DNA of 32,000 nt from Pseudothioglobus sp. nBUS_23 (GCF_051201565.1 NZ_CP179200.1:1560001-1592000); one strand, 5' to 3'; counted from the stretch's first letter, positions 20,833-29,019 are shown. The notes: generated by a model not told the origin, from the letters alone. Numbers and translations are program-made.

Positions 20833-20849
20833 AATTTCTCTTATCTTAA

Positions 20850-22568
20850 CTAGACTATGGATTCAATTTTAGGCATTAGCCTAATTAGCTCCTGCGTATA
20901 TGGATGCTCAGGATTATTGAACAGCTCCTCAGTCTCTTTCGTTTCACAAACGCCGCCATTTTTGAGAACCACAATTCTATTACACATTTGTCTAATGACA
21001 GGAAGATCATGACTGATAAACAGCATAGTAAGGTGGAGTTCATCTTGAATATCTTTCAAAAGATTTAAAATTTGAGCTTGAATACTAACGTCCAAAGCAG
21101 AAGTAGGCTCATCACAAACTAATAAACGCGGTCTAGTAGCTAATGCTCTAGCAATTGATATTCTTTGTCTTTGTCCACCAGAAAATTCATGAGGATAACG
21201 ATCCAATGACTGTCTTGTCATACCAACAATATCAATCAAATCATGAGTATTTTGAGTAAGTTCACTTCTAGTAATATTTTTTTGAAAAAGTTTAATTGGC
21301 TCAGAAATGATGTCCCTCACTTTAAATCTTGGGTTTAATGAAGAATAAGGATCTTGAAAAATCATCTGAATTTGCCCTCTGCTCTTATCTATTTGATACT
21401 TTCTTTTTGAATTATAGAGTGAGAGATTGTTATAAAAAATTTCACCGCCGGTTGGCCTTACTAGGCCAGTAATGATTTTTGCTATAGTTGATTTTCCTGA
21501 TCCTGATTCACCAACCAAACCTAAAGTTTCGCCCTCAAATAGCTCAAAAGAGACATCGTCAACTGCCTTCACGACTTTATCGATAGTTTCATTTTTTGAG
21601 CCAAATGAAAATTTACCTGCCATAGAGTTGTCATCAAAAATTTTAGTAACGCCTGTCAGCTCCAATAATTTTTGATTAGTGTTTTCTCTAACTCCCCAAC
21701 TTTTAATGATTTTTCTTGTTAAGTTTTTTGAGTCTGAGGTAATTTCTTTTCCATCGGGACTTATCAGTTTAAACCTATCAATTTTTTTATTAGTGGGTGG
21801 TACAGAAATAACCAAACTTCTAGCCTCGTTTGATTTTGGATTTGTTAATAGCTCTTTTGTATCACCTTGCTCAACAATGACGCCGTATCGCATAACAATA
21901 ACTTTGTTTGTTGTCTCAGCAATGACTCCCATATCATGGGTAATAATAATCACACCTAAATTTCTTTTTTGGGTCAGGTCTTTGAGTAATTCAAGTATTT
22001 GGTATTGAATACTTACATCTAAAGCAGTTGTAGGCTCATCAGCTATAATTAAGTCAGGTTCGCAGCTTATAGCCAAAGCAATAACGACTCTTTGACGCAT
22101 CCCTCCACTAAACTGATGAGGATAGTCTTCTATCCTTTTTTCCGCATTATCTATTCCTACTTCTTCCAGGAGTTGAATAGATCTATTTAGTGCTTCTTGA
22201 TAATCTAAATCTAGGTGTGTTTGAATAGTTTCAATTAATTGATCTTTAATTCTAAATAATGGATTTAGGGATGTTTGAGGATCTTGAAAAACAAAACCAA
22301 TTTTCTTTCCTCTAATTTTTTGAATAACCTCTTCATTATCTCTCAATTCAATCTTATCAATCTTAATTGAGCCACCTGTTATTTCACCTGGGGGGTCAAT
22401 TAAATTGATGATTGCATTTGCAATAGTAGACTTACCAGAGCCAGATTCGCCAACTATTCCAAGGATTTCACCCCTCTCCAAAGTAAACTCAACATCTTTA
22501 CTAGCAACAATCGTTTCTTTTCTTGTTGGGTAGCTTATATTTAAATTTTTAACCTTTAACAAACTCAT
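20850..22568 (-). CDS. ABC transporter ATP-binding protein, fused double ATPase (DppD-DppF type fusion)
   Basis: Two complete NBDs: Walker A GESGSGKST twice, signatures FSGGMRQR and FSGGQRQR, and two Walker B ...DEPT. I moved the start to the ATG at 22568 (MSLLKVKNLNISYP), giving an ATGA overlap with the upstream permease stop. The track's 36-aa extension overlaps the permease gene. Confidence 0.9.
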   Translation of the reverse strand: MSLLKVKNLNISYPTRKETIVASKDVEFTLERGEILGIVGESGSGKSTIANAIINLIDPPGEITGGSIKIDKIELRDNEEVIQKIRGKKIGFVFQDPQTSLNPLFRIKDQLIETIQTHLDLDYQEALNRSIQLLEEVGIDNAEKRIEDYPHQFSGGMRQRVVIALAISCEPDLIIADEPTTALDVSIQYQILELLKDLTQKRNLGVIIITHDMGVIAETTNKVIVMRYGVIVEQGDTKELLTNPKSNEARSLVISVPPTNKKIDRFKLISPDGKEITSDSKNLTRKIIKSWGVRENTNQKLLELTGVTKIFDDNSMAGKFSFGSKNETIDKVVKAVDDVSFELFEGETLGLVGESGSGKSTIAKIITGLVRPTGGEIFYNNLSLYNSKRKYQIDKSRGQIQMIFQDPYSSLNPRFKVRDIISEPIKLFQKNITRSELTQNTHDLIDIVGMTRQSLDRYPHEFSGGQRQRISIARALATRPRLLVCDEPTSALDVSIQAQILNLLKDIQDELHLTMLFISHDLPVIRQMCNRIVVLKNGGVCETKETEELFNNPEHPYTQELIRLMPKIESIV

Positions 22569-23488
22569 CTTATTTTTAACTTTGGATTTAGGGCATCTCT
22601 CATCCAGTCTCCTAGTAGGTTGATAGATAAAGCTAGAACAATTAAAAAGATAGCTGGAAAAAATGTAATCCACCACTCACCTGAAAATAAAAAACTATTT
22701 CCAAATCTAATTAATGTCCCTAGTGAAGGAGTCGTTGGAGGAACACCAACACCTAAAAAACTTAATGTTGATTCTGTAATGATTGCAAGAGCCAACCCTA
22801 TTGTAGCAATTACCAGAAGAGGCCTAAGTATATTTGGCAAGATATGCTTAAACATAATAATAATATTTGATAGTCCAATAATTCTTGAGGCTGACACATA
22901 TTCTTTATTTTTCTCAACCAGAGTAGATGCTCTAGAAACCCTGGCAAACTGAGGCCACTCAGAAATACCAATTGCAAAAATTAATACATAAATGGCCATT
23001 TCGCTATGCATAGATTGTGAAATGACTGATTTAGCAATACCATTCACGAGAAGTGCCATGAGAATACTAGGTATTGTTAATTGGACATCAGTAAGTCTCA
23101 TCACAATAATCTCATAACGACCACCAATATAACCTGCAGTCACCCCTAGGAAAACTCCAAGAACCATAGCAAAGAGTATTGATGCAAAACCAACAATTAA
23201 TGAAATTCTTGAACCATAGATCATTGTCGAAAGCATGTCTCTTCCTTGCTGATCTGTTCCAAGAATAAAGCTTGAGCTTCCACCTTCGGACCAGGAAGGT
23301 GGAGTGAAAGCATCCATTAATGAGATTGAAGCTGGGTCGAAAGGATTATAGGGAGCAACTACTCCAGCAAAAACTGAACACAGAAAAATAATGAACATGG
23401 TAGTTGAGGAGATAATGGCAATTTTTGAATTAAAAAAGCTATACCCTACATCGGTGTCATAAATTTTATTAAAAGTTTTTAACAACAT
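22565..23488 (-). CDS. ABC transporter permease (DppC/OppC-like)
   Basis: 307 aa with 6 TM helices. Binding-protein-dependent transport EAA-type loop (ASRIIGLSNIIIMFKHILPN). Confidence 0.9.
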   Translation of the reverse strand: MLLKTFNKIYDTDVGYSFFNSKIAIISSTTMFIIFLCSVFAGVVAPYNPFDPASISLMDAFTPPSWSEGGSSSFILGTDQQGRDMLSTMIYGSRISLIVGFASILFAMVLGVFLGVTAGYIGGRYEIIVMRLTDVQLTIPSILMALLVNGIAKSVISQSMHSEMAIYVLIFAIGISEWPQFARVSRASTLVEKNKEYVSASRIIGLSNIIIMFKHILPNILRPLLVIATIGLALAIITESTLSFLGVGVPPTTPSLGTLIRFGNSFLFSGEWWITFFPAIFLIVLALSINLLGDWMRDALNPKLKIR

Positions 23489-23490
23489 AA

Positions 23491-24468
23491 CTAACTCATC
23501 TCATCCTTAATTCTTATTCTTGGATCGATAAAATAATATGTAATATCGACAATAAAATTTATCATGACAAAAATAAAAGCAACCATGATCATGTATGCTG
23601 ACATTATTGGTATATCAACAAAGTACACCGCATTAATAAAGAGAAGGCCCATACCAGGCCATTGAAAAACTGTTTCGGTAATAATTGAAAAGGCTATCAA
23701 TGTTCCAATATTGATACCAGTAATAGTGATGACAGGTATCAAGCCATTTTTAAGCGCGTGCTTATAATTAATTGTATTTTTTTTGATACCTCTAGCTTTT
23801 GCAAATTTAATATAATCCGTTTGAAGTATTTCCATCATTTCAGCGCGAACTAATCTAATGACATATGTCATTTGAAATAAGCTTAATGTAACTGAGGGTA
23901 ATATTAATGCTTTAAGTCCAGATATAGTTAAAAACCCTGTAGACCAAAAACCTAAATCTATAACCTCACCTCTCCCAAAAGAAGGCAGAACTCCAAGAAT
24001 GACTGAAAACAGATAAATTAGCATAATCCCTATTATGAATGTAGGAAGTGAAACGCCTGCAAGTGAAATAACAAGAATTACATTTGAAACAAAACTATCT
24101 CTATGAATACCCGTATACACTCCTAAAATAACTCCAACTATAATAGCGAGCAAAGCTGAAACAAAGACCAATTCTAGAGTAGCTGGCATTCTTTCTGCAA
24201 TGAGGTCAGAAACCTCCCTCTTCAATTGATAGGAAATACCAAAATCGCCCTGAATGACATTACCTAGAAACCTTGAAAATTGAATATATACAGGATCATT
24301 CAATCCAATAGCCTCTCTAACCTCTGCTTGTCTTTCAATTGAAGAATCTTCTCCAGTCAAGCTAATTACTGGATCTCCAACAAAATTGAACAAGGAGAAA
24401 GAGACAAAAGCAACAACAATCATTACAAGAATAGCTTGTAATAGTCTTTTAAAGAAATAGCTGAACAT
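23491..24468 (-). CDS. ABC transporter permease (DppB/OppB-like)
   Basis: 325 aa with 6 TM helices. Typical N-terminus MFSYFFKRLLQAILVMIVV and loop YIKFAKARGIKKNTINYKHALKNGLIP. Confidence 0.9.
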   Translation of the reverse strand: MFSYFFKRLLQAILVMIVVAFVSFSLFNFVGDPVISLTGEDSSIERQAEVREAIGLNDPVYIQFSRFLGNVIQGDFGISYQLKREVSDLIAERMPATLELVFVSALLAIIVGVILGVYTGIHRDSFVSNVILVISLAGVSLPTFIIGIMLIYLFSVILGVLPSFGRGEVIDLGFWSTGFLTISGLKALILPSVTLSLFQMTYVIRLVRAEMMEILQTDYIKFAKARGIKKNTINYKHALKNGLIPVITITGINIGTLIAFSIITETVFQWPGMGLLFINAVYFVDIPIMSAYMIMVAFIFVMINFIVDITYYFIDPRIRIKDEMS

Positions 24469-24501
24469 GGATTAAATTGAAATAGGAGAGCTTGTAATTT
24501 A

Positions 24502-24535
24502 ATATTTTCTGGCCAGATAACTGGCCAGAAAATAT
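24502..24535 (-). promoter_or_regulatory. Intercistronic perfect stem-loop between the binding-protein and permease genes
   Basis: atattttctggccag-ataa-ctggccagaaaatat is a 15-bp perfect stem with a 4-nt loop. In operon (minus) orientation it is not followed by a U-run. In the plus orientation it is followed by aggttttttt. Confidence 0.5.
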
Positions 24536-24543
24536 AGGTTTTT

Positions 24544-26118
24544 TTAGTTTACTTTTGCAAATCTAAATAATGGTTCGTTGTTCATTCTAATTGGAACATC
24601 TACATTACTTTTTGATGCCTGGTTAACTACTTGGTGATGTAAAGGAAGGTATGTTACATCATCTTGGGTAATATCCCAAGCCTCAGCAATCATAGCATTT
24701 CTTTTATCTAGGTCTGTTTCAACACCCATTGCAGCAACCAATTCGTCGACTCTAGCGTTACTGAAATTAACTTTATTCCAGCTACCAGAGCTTTCAAATA
24801 AGTATGAATATACATAGTGACTATCAAAAGTTGGAACACCCCAACCCAACATGTACATATCACTTGTCATACCATTAGCGTCGCCTTCTTTTACTTCAGA
24901 GAAGTGCTGACTCTTAGTTTTTGCATCAAGATTTACTTTCACACCAATTTTTGCAAACATACTAATAGCTGCTACACAAATCGCTTCATCATTGATATAG
25001 CGATCATTAGGGCAATCTAATGTGACTTCAAACCCATCAGGATATCCTGCTTCGGCTAGAAGTCTCTTTGATGTTTCAGGATCATAAGCCATTCTCTGAT
25101 CACGAGCTGCAGTATGGCCATTTACTCCAGGAGCAGTAATAATTCCTGCTGGCACACTTTGTCCTCTCATGACTTTATCCTTAATAGCATCCATATCTAA
25201 AGCATGGTACATAGCTAGACGAACTCTTTTATCAGCAAAAGGATTTTTTCCTTTAATGTTAGATGAGTTCAATTCAGCAGAGCCTTGATCCATACCAAAG
25301 AAAATCGTTCTATTTTGAGGGGTCATTTTTACAGCGTGGCCCATAGAAGAATTGATTCTTTGAATATCCTGGACCGGAACAACATTAGTGTAGTCAATCT
25401 CGCCAGAAAGAAGTGCTGCAACTCTCGTTGCATCATTCTTAATTGGAAGTAACTCAATTTTGTCTATGTTGTGCTTATAGTGATTTCCCCACCAGTTATT
25501 GTTCTTTTCAAAAACAGTTCTTACATCCTGCTCTCTGAAAGTTATTTCGAATGGTCCAGTTCCATTTGCATGAGACGCGCAATATGAAGTCTCTCCTGCA
25601 TCCCAATTATATGAAGCTTCACATCCATTTGCCTTTGACCAAGCCTCAGACATAACAAATATTTGAGTTAATTGGTTCAAAAGAATAGGATTCGGCCCAT
25701 CTGTTTTTACTTCAACTGTATGGTCATCAATCGCTCTTGCTGATTTAACACTTTTAATTAAATCAACCATATCAGATGGAGCTGTTTTTGCTCTATTGAT
25801 ACTAAAGGCGACGTCACCAGCTGTTAAAGCTGACCCATCATGAAAAGTTACACCTCTACGTATGTTGAATATCCATGTATCATCGGCAGTTGTCGTCCAC
25901 GACTCTGCAAGCTGAGGAAGGACTTCCATGTTGATACCTGGAGTCACTAATCCCTCGTATACTTGACGAGAAACCATGTGAGTTGGCCCTTCGTTTTGTG
26001 CATGTGGATCAAGAGTTAAAGAATCACCAGGCATTGACCATTTGATCGTATTCGCTGAAACTGGTGAAAAAATACCCATGACCAGCACTGACAAAACAAT
26101 GCTTAAAGTTTTTTTCAT
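24544..26118 (-). CDS. ABC transporter substrate-binding protein, family 5 (peptide/nickel/opine type)
   Basis: Start moved to the ATG at 26118 (MKKTLSIVLSVLVMGIFSPVSA-NT signal peptide). It is preceded by AAGGAG with a 7-nt spacer. The mature protein has family-5 SBP length and pattern. Confidence 0.9.
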   Translation of the reverse strand: MKKTLSIVLSVLVMGIFSPVSANTIKWSMPGDSLTLDPHAQNEGPTHMVSRQVYEGLVTPGINMEVLPQLAESWTTTADDTWIFNIRRGVTFHDGSALTAGDVAFSINRAKTAPSDMVDLIKSVKSARAIDDHTVEVKTDGPNPILLNQLTQIFVMSEAWSKANGCEASYNWDAGETSYCASHANGTGPFEITFREQDVRTVFEKNNNWWGNHYKHNIDKIELLPIKNDATRVAALLSGEIDYTNVVPVQDIQRINSSMGHAVKMTPQNRTIFFGMDQGSAELNSSNIKGKNPFADKRVRLAMYHALDMDAIKDKVMRGQSVPAGIITAPGVNGHTAARDQRMAYDPETSKRLLAEAGYPDGFEVTLDCPNDRYINDEAICVAAISMFAKIGVKVNLDAKTKSQHFSEVKEGDANGMTSDMYMLGWGVPTFDSHYVYSYLFESSGSWNKVNFSNARVDELVAAMGVETDLDKRNAMIAEAWDITQDDVTYLPLHHQVVNQASKSNVDVPIRMNNEPLFRFAKVN

Positions 26119-26169
26119 TACATATCTCCTTTTGATGGTGCCTAGAAGTAGACACACAAATTATTAAAC

Positions 26170-26200
26170 AAAAAAAACCAACTAACAAAATGTTTGTTGG
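26170..26200 (-). terminator. Terminator-like hairpin plus U8 in the region upstream of the ABC operon
   Basis: The minus strand reads ccaacaaac-atttt-gttagttgg followed by tttttttt. The stem is 9 bp with one A/A mismatch. Only the minus-strand orientation has the U-run. Confidence 0.4.
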
Positions 26201-26208
26201 CTCCAATC

Positions 26209-26237
26209 AATATATAGTATGAAAAATCCTAGGTCAA
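26209..26237 (-). promoter_or_regulatory. Candidate sigma-70 promoter (TTGACC-17-TATATT)
   Basis: Minus-strand TTGACC (26237-26232), an exact 17-nt spacer, then TATATT (26214-26209). It would start transcription at the foot of the hairpin above. An alternative weaker promoter, TTGTTA-17-AATAAT, lies at 26188-26160. Confidence 0.3.
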
Positions 26238-26367
26238 GTAATATTTCTTTAATACTCTTACAATTTAAACAATATTACTAATCTAAAGTTTAAATTTAAT
26301 GATCAAGCAAACAAGGCTAGAACTATAATTCGCTTTATATTTCTTAAAACTTCTTAAGGTAAAAATT

Positions 26368-26589
26368 ATGAAAATGAAAGCACTGGAATGGTTTGGAGTT
26401 ATAACAGCAATAAGCTACTCAATGATGGTAGCCTTAAATGTTGGTGTTGAGTTTATTGGATTTCTTTTACTTCTTATTTCAGCCTTATCAATTGGCTACT
26501 GGGCATATCTAGGGCGACACCAGGGAATTCTTTTTCTCCAATTTTTCTACGCAGCTGCTGGAATTATTGGTATGGTTCGGTGGTACTAA
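26368..26589 (+). CDS. 73-aa three-TM membrane protein resembling one repeat of PnuC-type transporters
   Basis: Three hydrophobic helices fill the entire ORF. LEWFGVITAISYSMMVALN and LFLQFFYAAAGIIGMVRWY resemble the first and third helices of PnuC (E. coli LLLQVFFFAANIYGWYAW, as recalled). AAGG Shine-Dalgarno-like element upstream. Confidence 0.55.
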   Translation: MKMKALEWFGVITAISYSMMVALNVGVEFIGFLLLLISALSIGYWAYLGRHQGILFLQFFYAAAGIIGMVRWY

Positions 26590-26597
26590 TTTATTGA

Positions 26598-27707
26598 TTA
26601 TCTAAAGATTCTATATAATCCTCCCTTGGGCTTTGAAAGTGAGGATTCATCATTTAAAATTAAAATTGACCCATCTTTTGCTATAGCGACATCACGAATT
26701 CGACCAAGAGTTCCATCTATTAGAATACTTTCACTTTCAGGTAACCCATCCTTATTAATTGAAATAGAATACAGCCTTCTAAATTTTAATGAACCAACCA
26801 AAAGACTCCCTTGCAGATTTGGAAACATCACTTTTTCACCACTATTCATGGGATAAAAATCCATTCCAGATGGAGCTATGGAAGGAATCCAAACCCATTC
26901 TGGATCATTAAAACCTGGAAGACTATCATATTCACTTACTTTATCATCAGTCCCATATTCATAGCCATTACTAACTAAAGGCCAGCCATAGTTTCCACCA
27001 GCAACTATAATATTTATCTCATCTCCGCCTTTAGGTCCATGCTCATGAGACCAGATCTCTTGAGTCTCAGGATTAAGCTTCATGCCCTGTGGATTCCGAT
27101 GACCAATTGAATAGTTCTCTGGTGCCCAGCCCTCTAATTTTGGGTTATCCTTTGGAATACTTCCATCAAAATTTAGGCTAATAATTGAACCTGCATGGGA
27201 GGAAGCATCTTGAGAATTAAAACGATGTCCTCGTTCTCCAAGTGATGCAAATAATTTCTTGCTACTTATTTCAAGACGACATCCAAAATGATAACCAGAC
27301 CAACTTGGCTTGTTAGATTCAAAAATTGTTATTCTTTTAATTAATTTATCATTAACTATATTTGCGCTATCAATTGCAAGCACAGTTCCTTTAGAAGTGT
27401 CCTTTGAGTAACAATAATAAACAACCCCATCGTTATAAATTATGTCTAGGAGACCACCTTGCAAAGTTGATGAAACTTTCGGTACATTGTGAATCTCACT
27501 TGATGAACCATCTGAAATATTTATTCGGTAAATACGACCTTTTTTTTCAGTAACCAGAAGTTCACTGTCATTGATAAAATCCATCCCCCATGGATTTTCT
27601 AGTGAAGGCCCAATCTGCTGAATTTGAATGTTATCAGCTCTGGCTGAAAAAGACGTAAGACTGGAGATACAAATAAAGACCAAAAAAATAGCACTGGATT
27701 TAATCAC
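26598..27707 (-). CDS. Periplasmic PQQ-dependent sugar (glucose/sorbosone) dehydrogenase-like beta-propeller
   Basis: 369 aa with a GTG start and signal peptide MIKSSAIFLVFICISSLTSFSARA. Motifs GHRNPQG, EHGPKGGDEIN and GGNYGWP are typical of the YliI/sGDH family. Confidence 0.85.
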   Translation of the reverse strand: MIKSSAIFLVFICISSLTSFSARADNIQIQQIGPSLENPWGMDFINDSELLVTEKKGRIYRINISDGSSSEIHNVPKVSSTLQGGLLDIIYNDGVVYYCYSKDTSKGTVLAIDSANIVNDKLIKRITIFESNKPSWSGYHFGCRLEISSKKLFASLGERGHRFNSQDASSHAGSIISLNFDGSIPKDNPKLEGWAPENYSIGHRNPQGMKLNPETQEIWSHEHGPKGGDEINIIVAGGNYGWPLVSNGYEYGTDDKVSEYDSLPGFNDPEWVWIPSIAPSGMDFYPMNSGEKVMFPNLQGSLLVGSLKFRRLYSISINKDGLPESESILIDGTLGRIRDVAIAKDGSILILNDESSLSKPKGGLYRIFR

Positions 27708-27709
27708 TA

Positions 27710-28906
27710 TTATTTAATAAACTCGCCTGAACACTCAATAATAATTTTGGATATGTGCTTACAATCATCAATTGAGAATGTCAAAGGAAGTCTCAAGTCG
27801 AACAAACTAGAGAGAATTTCATCAGATTTATTAAGCTGTTGCCGGCTAACATATTTCCAACTTTTATGATTACTGGTAAATCCACTAGGGTCATCATTAC
27901 CAAACCACTTAAGCTCAACACCTAGCTCTTTATTTTTTTTAACAAATAACTCAGCATCAGACTTAGAAATGCCAGGAATTCTAAACTGAATAGAACTGCC
28001 TACATATCTCTCTTCTTCAAATCTTCCTGGAACCATTATTCCATTAATTTCTTTTAATTCCGACTCCACAGCCTGATAACGCGCATTCCATCGATTAATA
28101 TTCTTCTCTAAGTTTTTTAATTGTGGCCTAAGGATTGAAGCTCTGAGGTTATCCATGCGTCCAGAATAGTTTGGTGTTTCAAGCCTTATTTCTTCAAATA
28201 CTTTTGACCTCGGCGCAGCACCATGCCTCTCATAGAGCATGTATGAGCCAGAATAAATTATTGCTCGAGCCATGAATTCTTCATCATTGGAAGTCAAAAG
28301 GCCGCCCTCACCAGAATTCAAATGCTTATAAGTCTGAGTACTAAAACATCCAGCAAGTCCAAAATTTCCGCTCCTTTGACCTTTCCATTGAGCTCCCATT
28401 GTATGAGCGCAATCCTCAATCAAAATTAAATTATTTTCATTGACAATTTGTATTAATTTATCCATATCTACAAGGTGACCTCGCATATGTGAGATGAGCA
28501 GAAATCGTGCCTTGCTCTCGGATACTTTTCTTGAAAGATCATCCAAATCTAATACTAGATCTTTGGTAATTTCAACAAATATAGGATTTCCGCCAGCATT
28601 TGAGATAGACCCTGGAACTGGTGCAAGTGTAAAAGTGTTTGTCAACACACTCTCGCCAAGCTTGAGTCCAGCAGCCTTTAAAGCTACGCTCATGGCATAA
28701 CCGCCTGAAGCACAAGCTAAACAGTATTTGCTTCCCTGATATGCTGCATACTCTTCTTCAAGAAGAGACGCCTCTGATAGTTCATCTTCAATAGTATTGT
28801 ATCTATGGAGTCTTCCAGACTTAAGAACCTGAGTAGCAGCGTCAATCGCCTCTTGATTGATTGGCTCTTGCTGAGTAAAGGGTCGAGAAAATGCTTTAGT
28901 TACCAT
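27710..28906 (-). CDS. DegT/DnrJ/EryC1/StrS-family PLP-dependent aminotransferase
   Basis: 398 aa. Fold-type I aminotransferase pattern with EDCAHTMG and the PLP-lysine context FSTQTYKHLNSGEGG. The stop is 2 nt from the GTG start of the dehydrogenase gene. Confidence 0.8.
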   Translation of the reverse strand: MVTKAFSRPFTQQEPINQEAIDAATQVLKSGRLHRYNTIEDELSEASLLEEEYAAYQGSKYCLACASGGYAMSVALKAAGLKLGESVLTNTFTLAPVPGSISNAGGNPIFVEITKDLVLDLDDLSRKVSESKARFLLISHMRGHLVDMDKLIQIVNENNLILIEDCAHTMGAQWKGQRSGNFGLAGCFSTQTYKHLNSGEGGLLTSNDEEFMARAIIYSGSYMLYERHGAAPRSKVFEEIRLETPNYSGRMDNLRASILRPQLKNLEKNINRWNARYQAVESELKEINGIMVPGRFEEERYVGSSIQFRIPGISKSDAELFVKKNKELGVELKWFGNDDPSGFTSNHKSWKYVSRQQLNKSDEILSSLFDLRLPLTFSIDDCKHISKIIIECSGEFIK

Positions 28907-29019
28907 TATTTATTCTTAAATTTCAATCAGATACAAAGAAAACAAAATAATATAGAAAATATCTTATTAGAAGATGTTATTTTCATGAAAAATCAATTAA
29001 GAGTCTTTATAATTATTTT

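Noticed and set aside
22569-22676. 36-aa N-terminal extension of the ABC ATPase ORF
   Set aside because: The extension overlaps the permease gene. The ATG at 22568 gives the canonical MSLLKVKNL... ATPase N-terminus and an ATGA overlap with the permease stop.
21472-22952. Three plus-strand ORFs (67, 109 and 110 aa) across the ABC ATPase and permease genes
   Set aside because: They are antisense to clearly functional ABC genes, and their low-complexity sequences have no family resemblance.
26024-26206. The 13-aa extension of the SBP ORF (start at 26157) and the 60-aa ORF at 26024-26206
   Set aside because: The ATG at 26118 has an AAGGAG Shine-Dalgarno element and begins a textbook signal peptide. 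The 60-aa ORF overlaps the SBP start out of frame and spans the hairpin/U8 element.
20833-26367. Possibility that the ABC operon downstream of ssrA is a tmRNA-targeted genomic island
   Set aside because: There is no integrase, excisionase or phage gene. I saw no duplicated copy of the ssrA 3' end, and composition and codon style look like the rest of the window.
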